Shown piece by piece: positions 58,224 to 64,000 of a DNA stretch of 64,000 bases. Location: assembly GCA_032161105.1 (NCBI GenBank), contig JAVHTD010000012.1, one strand, 5' to 3'. Positions within the stretch are counted from its first letter, which is position 1; the number at the start of each line of letters is the position of its first letter. Source of the stretch: Candidatus Thermosaccharophagus tengchongensis (GTDB lineage: Bacteria > Armatimonadota > Fervidibacteria > Fervidibacterales > Thermosaccharophagaceae). Below the pieces are notes generated by a model. It made no database searches, was not told the origin of the DNA, and saw nothing but the letters and a program-made list of their open reading frames with translations. The position numbers were made by a program, and so were the translations under genes.

Positions 58224-59030
58224 TCATTTGCCCCGATTATCATCCCTCTTATCTTCAGCGCCTTCCTTTGCCCGTTTTTCCGCCTCACCGAGCATCGGGA
58301 CAAACAACACATCCAAGACAGCCCTCTTTACGACCTTGCCACCCTCCTTGCGCAGCACATAGAGCTGTTGGATATAGCGCTTCCCAACCGGTATGACCAT
58401 CCTACCGCCTTCCTTCAGTTGCTCAATGAGCGGTTGTGGGATATCCTCCGGCGCGCATGTCACAATGATGGCGTCAAATGGTGCGAACTCCTTCCAGCCA
58501 AAATAGCCATCGCCAACTTTAACCTTCACATTCTTGTAGCCGAGTTTTTGCAGCGTCTCTTCGGCGCGCTTTGCAAGCGTCGGTATTATCTCAACGGTGT
58601 AAACTTCCTTGGCGAGCTCGGCGAGTATTGCGGCTTGATATCCGGAACCTGTGCCAATCTCAAGCACCCTATCAGTCGGCTTCAACTCAAGCGCCTGCGT
58701 CATGAATGCCACAACGAACGGCTGCGAGATTGTCTGCCCTTCGCCAATCGGCAATGCCATATCCTCATACGAGAGGTGACGATGCGACTCCGGGACAAAC
58801 AGATGCCTTGGGACTTTGAGCATCGCCTTCAGCACTGCCTCATCCTTTATGCCCTGCTTCCTCAGGTGCTCAACTAACGCCATTCTCCGCTTCTCAAAAT
58901 CCGGTTCGCTCATCTGCTCTCCCTGCTGCGACAGAAGGCGTTGAAGAAATAGCACCACAAAGATGAAGCAGGCGAGCGCCATCCCGGCAATCCATCCCCT
59001 TTGCAGTTCTGCCCCGGTCAGCTGCACCAT
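58224..59030 (-). CDS. pcm: protein-L-isoaspartate O-methyltransferase with predicted N-terminal membrane anchor
   Basis: QTISQPFVVAFMTQAL, VLEIGTGSGYQAAILA. The ATG at 59030 is preceded by GAGGTGA. N-terminal hydrophobic WIAGMALACFIFVVLFL. An alternative start at 58913 would remove the anchor. Confidence 0.88.
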   Translation of the reverse strand: MVQLTGAELQRGWIAGMALACFIFVVLFLQRLLSQQGEQMSEPDFEKRRMALVEHLRKQGIKDEAVLKAMLKVPRHLFVPESHRHLSYEDMALPIGEGQTISQPFVVAFMTQALELKPTDRVLEIGTGSGYQAAILAELAKEVYTVEIIPTLAKRAEETLQKLGYKNVKVKVGDGYFGWKEFAPFDAIIVTCAPEDIPQPLIEQLKEGGRMVIPVGKRYIQQLYVLRKEGGKVVKRAVLDVLFVPMLGEAEKRAKEGAEDKRDDNRGK

Positions 59031-59056
59031 TCATCACCTCAATGGTGATGCTGCTG

Positions 59057-60751
59057 TCACTCAATGAACTCGTAGACAACCCTTGCCACTTCCTCCGTTG
59101 TCGTTATACCTTGCATCATCTTCTCAATTGCGTCTTGCATGAGCGTTCGCATTCCCTTCCTTATGGCGAGTTGGCGCAGCTCACTTGCGTTTGCCCCCTT
59201 TGAGATGGCTTCACGCAACTCGGAATCAATGACCATAAGCTCATACACTCCTATGCGCCCACGATAGCCTGTGTTGTGGCAGTGACTGCAACCGGTGCCG
59301 CGATAAAGCTTCAAGCCCTCGGCTTGACTTGGCTGTATGCCGACGCTCATCAGCTCCTCCTCGGATGGTTCATACTGCGTTCTGCAATGCTTGCATATTC
59401 GCCTGACCAAGCGCTGCGCCAGAACCCCGATAAGGCAGGCGCCAATGATGTATGGCTCAACTCCCATGTCAACGAGGCGTGTAACGGTGCTTGGGGCATC
59501 ATTCGTGTGCAGCGTGCTCAGGACAAGGTGCCCGGTGAGTGCAGCCCTGAATGCCATATCAGCCGTATCCTTGTCCCTTATCTCCCCGACGAGTATGACA
59601 TCTGGGTCTTGGCGAAGTATGGCGCGAAGCTGTTTTGCGAATGTTAACCCGATGTCGTAGTTCACTTGGGTTTGGTTGACACCGTCAATTTGATACTCAA
59701 TCGGGTCTTCAACGGTCACGATGTTTATTTTCTCGGAGCGTATCCGGCAGAGCGCCGCATATAGCGTTGTGCTCTTTCCACTCCCAGTCGGACCTGTGAC
59801 GAGTATCATCCCCTGCGGTCGCCTTATGAGCTGCTCAAACTGAGCTTGCACCTCCGGGTGAAAGCCGAGTTGGTCAAGGCTTGTAAGGAGCGTGCTCTTG
59901 TCAAGCAGGCGCAGGACGAGCTTCTCACCAAAGTATGTCGGCAGGCTTGAGACTCGTATGTCAATCTGATGCCCATCAAAGACACCCCTTATGCGACCAT
60001 CCTGTGGGAGGCGTGTTTCGGAGATGTCCATATTCGCCATGACCTTTATTGCCGAGACGATGGCTCTCGCCATATCCGGAGGTAGCGGTTCAGATGGTGG
60101 TTGTAGGACGCCGTCAACCCTGTATCTGACGACGATGCCCCTTTCCCTCGGCTCAATGTGTATGTCGCTTGCACCCCTTCGCACACCCATCGTGATGATG
60201 CCCCTTGCAAAGCGCAATGCCGGACCACCCTCTTCCGCATCAAGGTGCTCAACGCTTGCTGGGGCTGTGAGGCTCGTTGCTTGTGGTTGTGTTTCAGCTT
60301 GCGCGGTTGAGAGGATGCCATATACACGCTCAATTGCGGCTCGTATCTGCTGCGCTGGTGCCTGCACTGGGTCAACTCGCAACCCAGTTGCCTGTTGCAG
60401 CTGGTCAATTATCTCAAGGCGTTTTGGGTCGGGCATTGCAACGACAAGCTTGTTGCCTTCAACTCGTATTGGCATCACAACTAACTTTTCAGCGAGCCTT
60501 CTCGGGACATAAGCCACTGCAGCCCTGTCAATGTAAATTCGCTCAAGGTCAACCGTTGGGTATGCAGTTGTGCCAATGCGCCTGATTATCTCCTGAAGCT
60601 GTTGTTGCGTGATTATGCCCGCCTCAACAAGCATTGCACTCCATGCCTTTTCAGGCGGCTTCCTTTGAGCCAACTCCTTTATTTGCTCACGCGTCACAAA
60701 GCCGCCTTTGATGAGGGCTTGAAGCAGCTGCTCATCGGTCAACGGCGGCAT
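59057..60751 (-). CDS. pilB: type IV pilus assembly / type II secretion ATPase (PilB/GspE family)
   Basis: Walker A GPTGSGKSTT, Walker B VILVGEIRD, tetracysteine CKHC...CSHC. The ATG at 60751 (MPPLTDEQLLQAL) is preceded by GGGGGTGA. The ORF opens at 60916 inside rpiB. Confidence 0.9.
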   Translation of the reverse strand: MPPLTDEQLLQALIKGGFVTREQIKELAQRKPPEKAWSAMLVEAGIITQQQLQEIIRRIGTTAYPTVDLERIYIDRAAVAYVPRRLAEKLVVMPIRVEGNKLVVAMPDPKRLEIIDQLQQATGLRVDPVQAPAQQIRAAIERVYGILSTAQAETQPQATSLTAPASVEHLDAEEGGPALRFARGIITMGVRRGASDIHIEPRERGIVVRYRVDGVLQPPSEPLPPDMARAIVSAIKVMANMDISETRLPQDGRIRGVFDGHQIDIRVSSLPTYFGEKLVLRLLDKSTLLTSLDQLGFHPEVQAQFEQLIRRPQGMILVTGPTGSGKSTTLYAALCRIRSEKINIVTVEDPIEYQIDGVNQTQVNYDIGLTFAKQLRAILRQDPDVILVGEIRDKDTADMAFRAALTGHLVLSTLHTNDAPSTVTRLVDMGVEPYIIGACLIGVLAQRLVRRICKHCRTQYEPSEEELMSVGIQPSQAEGLKLYRGTGCSHCHNTGYRGRIGVYELMVIDSELREAISKGANASELRQLAIRKGMRTLMQDAIEKMMQGITTTEEVARVVYEFIE

Positions 60752-60893
60752 TAACTTCACCCCCAAGAAACCCGTAAGCCCCTTTGCCACGAGCTTTGCC
60801 GGGTTTGAAGAAGCTCCACCAAAAATTATGGCAAGTGACGCCGTGTGAGTCTTCAGCCCTTTTAAGGAGTGAAATATACCGTTGGGAGTTGGC

Positions 60894-61367
60894 TCAATAT
60901 GCTGCCTGTTCATCAAGGCGCTTCAGTTTGGCGATGTTCTCAGCTTCAGAGGGGTCTGGCTCAGTGACCGATAACCATGCATCCAGAATCTCCTTTGCGA
61001 GCTCCTCTGTCACGAGCCTGCCGCTCATGGAGAGCACATTTGCGTCATTCCAGAGGCGAGCGCACTCGGCGCTTTTCGCATCGTTACACAGGGCAGCTCT
61101 TATCCCCTTGAACTTATTTGCGACCATGCACACACCGGTGCCCGTGTAACAGATGAGCACGCCGAACGCGGCTTCACCAGTTTGCACCATCCTTGAGACA
61201 TGCACTGCAACATCAACCCACGAACACATCTCGCCAGTTAGCAAGGCGCCAAAGCGCACAACATTGAAACCTTTTCGCTCAAGGTGTTCACAGGCAGCCT
61301 TCGCTGCTGCATACAGGTCGTCACTTCCGACAGCAACAGTTATGGCACGCCGAGTGGCATCCCACAT
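60894..61367 (-). CDS. rpiB: ribose-5-phosphate isomerase B (RpiB/LacAB family)
   Basis: ITVAVGSDD, LICYTGTGVCMVANK (catalytic Cys context), NDANVLSMSGR. 157 aa. Confidence 0.85.
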   Translation of the reverse strand: MWDATRRAITVAVGSDDLYAAAKAACEHLERKGFNVVRFGALLTGEMCSWVDVAVHVSRMVQTGEAAFGVLICYTGTGVCMVANKFKGIRAALCNDAKSAECARLWNDANVLSMSGRLVTEELAKEILDAWLSVTEPDPSEAENIAKLKRLDEQAAY

Positions 61368-62658
61368 GGTGATTACAACTCCCCCAGCAGAAATCGTAAG
61401 GATGAGGATTCGTCAAGCGAGCGCCAACCGCTTTGTTACCTGTGGCACCACCTTTTCCTTGTAGCTTCTCCCTCTTCGCCGTGAAAGCGTGTGCACCTAC
61501 ATCCGTTGCTTTGCTCTCGGGCTTGACTGACAGGTCTCCGCCTTCAGGGTCCACAAGCAATGGGTCAACACCCACAACGCCGTCTTTCTCCGGGGTTGGC
61601 AAGTTGGGTTTGCTCATCTGCGGTCTGTCAATGCAATACCACCAGTTGCGTTCAAACGAGAATGTTTTCGGAGCAGTATTTGGTCCGATGTTGACGCCAC
61701 CCTCTCGCCATTCATCCGAGCGAAATACGATGAGGTTGTTATAGAACCGCACATTCCTGCATGGCACAAATCCCTCCGCTGTATTTTCCTGCAGTATTCG
61801 TATCGCCCAGCGCTTTGGTCGGTAAATTGTGTTGAATCGTGCGACGGCTCCATCAACCCCAACGAACGCTATAGCACCGAGTGAGCCTATGAATGTGCAG
61901 CCCTCAATCGTGATATCTCTCGCCTCAGCGTGAGCTCCGCCGGGCTTGAGTGGCGGTCGGAAGTATTCTAAGCCGGTGCTCCCACCAGCTTGCATTGCCC
62001 TTCCCCCGGCATGCTCAAACCTGCATTGCCTCACCGTTATGTTGCTGCTACCGCCCTTCGCCTGTATGCCGGCGCCCTTATCGTCCTCATATCGCAATGT
62101 GCATTTGACTATCAGACCGTTATGGCATCCAACCATGTCAATTCCCTGTCCGCCATCGCCCCAGCGCTCTATAGTGCACTCTTCAATGAGGAAGTCAGTT
62201 ACGCCGGACAGCTTTATGCCGTCGCAATTGCCTTTCGGTCCTATGTCGCACACCTTCAACTTGCGCAGCGTTATGTGATGCGCTGGGGTATCAAAAGTGC
62301 CCCCATCGTCTATATTCAACCCGTTGAATGCTGCGCCTTTAAGCACCAATCCCCTCAGCTCAAGATATGCTGGGTCCACAAATTGCATGCATGTGCCACC
62401 GCCGACTATGACTGGCGGGTTGGTTTCATCCTCAGCAGCAATTACTATCGGCTTATCCGGCTCACCGCGCACGCCAACAAAATATAAACCGCCCTTGTAT
62501 TCCCCCGGCTTGAGCAATATCGTCGTGCCCGGCTTTGCATTCATCACAGCTTGCCGAAAAGCTTGCGCATCGCTGACGATAACAGTCCTCTCATTGCCAG
62601 CGGCACAAATAGTCAGCCATGCAACAATGCAAGCCAAAGCAACAGCGCCATGCCGCAT
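61321..62658 (-). CDS. secreted right-handed parallel beta-helix repeat protein (pectate-lyase-fold)
   Basis: Signal peptide VALACIVAWLTICAAG. Repeated G-x-x-I/V beta-helix turns (NGLNIDDGG, GQGIDMVGCHNGLI, GAGIQAKGGSSNITV). The last 47 nt overlap the rpiB start. Confidence 0.65.
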   Translation of the reverse strand: MRHGAVALACIVAWLTICAAGNERTVIVSDAQAFRQAVMNAKPGTTILLKPGEYKGGLYFVGVRGEPDKPIVIAAEDETNPPVIVGGGTCMQFVDPAYLELRGLVLKGAAFNGLNIDDGGTFDTPAHHITLRKLKVCDIGPKGNCDGIKLSGVTDFLIEECTIERWGDGGQGIDMVGCHNGLIVKCTLRYEDDKGAGIQAKGGSSNITVRQCRFEHAGGRAMQAGGSTGLEYFRPPLKPGGAHAEARDITIEGCTFIGSLGAIAFVGVDGAVARFNTIYRPKRWAIRILQENTAEGFVPCRNVRFYNNLIVFRSDEWREGGVNIGPNTAPKTFSFERNWWYCIDRPQMSKPNLPTPEKDGVVGVDPLLVDPEGGDLSVKPESKATDVGAHAFTAKREKLQGKGGATGNKAVGARLTNPHPYDFCWGSCNHHVGCHSACHNCCCRK

Positions 62659-62784
62659 AGCATCTCACCTCTTGCTTGAATTTGTTTGCATCCCACCCCG
62701 CAGTCGGACATAATACAACTCAGTCATGAATTTTGATGCTCAGCCTGATGACGCAGTTTTTGACAAGCACCGGGGTGGTGCGAG

Positions 62785-63621
62785 ATGGATTTGACTTTGC
62801 CAGTCGTGCATGTTGTTGCTGACACGCTTCCTGAGGCATGGGAGAAGGCGGTGGTTGAGACTTGGCGTATAGGTGCGAGCGTGAAGACGCAATACGATAA
62901 GCCGGGCGATCCGCCAAGCAGGGATGTCATAGCGGTGATCGTCGTTCGTGAACCGTTCAAAGAGCCGAGAATACACAGGGCGTTGCCATGCGGTTTGGCT
63001 GAGCTTGAGGTTTACCGCCAAGAAGTCATTTACGGAATACACGATCACTGGATTGACCCATCGTCCGGCAAATGGGAATACACCTATCATGAGCGTCTGA
63101 CGGCATACAGAGTCCCGGGGTTGAGCGAGCCGATTGACCAACTCAGCCAAATTATCAACTTGCTTGCCGAAACACCGTATACGCGCCGTGCACAAGCCGT
63201 CATTTGGAAGGTATGGGCTGATTCTGGGGTTGAGCATCCGCCATGCTTACAGCGCATCTGGGTGAGGGTTATTGGCGATGAGCTTGTGATGAATGTCCAC
63301 ATGCGCAGCAATGATGCATTTAAAGCAGCCTTCATGAACATGTATGCCTTCACGGAGCTGCAGAAGGTTATCGCAGAGCGTCTATCAGAGCGCCTCGGGC
63401 GGCAAATACGCGTTGGGCAATACACGCATATAGCCGACTCCTTCCACATCTATGGCGCCTACTTTGACGAATTCCAGCGCTTCCTTGAATCGCTTCAAAG
63501 GCGCACTTTTGAACAGCGCACTTACAGGACTGAAGAAGTGCTCCCAATACTTGAGGAAGCCCGTGAAGCCATAAAGCGCTCACTTGAGGAGGAGCGGATA
63601 AGCGGCAGGAAGGGGCTTTGA
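62785..63621 (+). CDS. divergent thymidylate-synthase-fold (ThyA superfamily, archaeal-like) protein
   Basis: TRRAQAVIW (RR motif), HPPCLQRIWV (catalytic Cys context), VHMRSNDAF (RS.D), HIADSFHIYGAY (D.HIY) in canonical order. The folate-side motifs are divergent. Confidence 0.7.
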   Translation: MDLTLPVVHVVADTLPEAWEKAVVETWRIGASVKTQYDKPGDPPSRDVIAVIVVREPFKEPRIHRALPCGLAELEVYRQEVIYGIHDHWIDPSSGKWEYTYHERLTAYRVPGLSEPIDQLSQIINLLAETPYTRRAQAVIWKVWADSGVEHPPCLQRIWVRVIGDELVMNVHMRSNDAFKAAFMNMYAFTELQKVIAERLSERLGRQIRVGQYTHIADSFHIYGAYFDEFQRFLESLQRRTFEQRTYRTEEVLPILEEAREAIKRSLEEERISGRKGL

Positions 63622-63710
63622 TTTTGAGCCGTGATTAAAATTCTCACTCGGCGGATGTTCAACTTCACACGGGAGAGCAAAATGCCAGCCAAAGGGAAGG
63701 TGCCCGCCGC

Positions 63711-64000
63711 ATGCGATTCGTCATCGGCGTTGATGTCGGCGCAACTTCAGCAGTGGCTTGCATAGCTGACGAGACCGGATGCATTCGTGGAGTGGCTCAT
63801 TCGTCTGGGAGCAACCTTCTGCTTGACGGCGTTGATGGAGCGTGCCGGAGCATAACCGAAGTGATAAAGGCAGCCTTGCTCATCTCGGGGATTAAACTCA
63901 GCGAGGTCGCCGCTGTGTGCATTGGTTGCGCCGGCGCTGGGGATGATGGCGATCCAATACGCCGGCTGCTAAAGCAAAAGCTGAATGAGCAACTTGCTAC
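63711..64000 (+). CDS. BadF/BadG/BcrA/BcrD-type ATPase / N-acetylglucosamine-kinase-like protein (5' part, runs off the window)
   Basis: The frame is open from the ATG at 63711 to the window end. MRFVIGVDVGATSAVACIAD is an ASKHA phosphate-1 motif, followed by AAVCIGCAGAG. It is absent from the ORF track because no stop lies within the window. Confidence 0.55.
   Translation, partial: MRFVIGVDVGATSAVACIADETGCIRGVAHSSGSNLLLDGVDGACRSITEVIKAALLISGIKLSEVAAVCIGCAGAGDDGDPIRRLLKQKLNEQLA

Noticed and set aside
58056-58877. 273-aa plus-strand ORF
   Set aside because: It is antisense to pcm and the xerD 5' end. No motifs are recognisable and the composition is atypical.

Overview
Gene-dense 64-kb chromosomal window with about 58 protein-coding genes on both strands, four tRNA genes and a few regulatory or structural DNA elements. 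I found no rRNA, CRISPR array, transposase or prophage. Most genes are recognisable housekeeping functions: thiC/thiD, fabG/acpS, smc, dnaG-rpoD, groES-groEL behind a perfect CIRCE operator, tadA, lgt, xerD, pcm, pilB, rpiB and a moaC/moaB fusion. Unrelated functions are packed together, often with overlapping stop and start codons, rather than in pathway operons. Accessory-looking content includes two large secreted clan GH-A-like glycoside hydrolases, a clostripain (C11)-like protein whose catalytic Cys appears replaced by Ser, a pseudo-receiver/GAF/HD-GYP protein, an H-X9-DG pseudopilin-like protein, Tat-signal oxidoreductases and a free-standing LAGLIDADG endonuclease-like gene. The protein repertoire loosely suggests an Armatimonadota- or PVC-like bacterium, but that is inference only. 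I could not demonstrate a clear new multi-gene system. The best leads are: (1) a compound inverted plus tandem repeat array at 5989-6266; (2) an orphan nuoB-like/nuoI-like pair translationally coupled to thiC; (3) the free-standing LAGLIDADG gene; (4) the Cys-to-Ser C11-like protein with a small upstream ORF; (5) a divergent archaeal-type thymidylate-synthase-fold protein; (6) tadA sitting directly behind its substrate gene tRNA-Arg(ACG). All family calls come from motif recognition by eye on the supplied translations. No database search was run.
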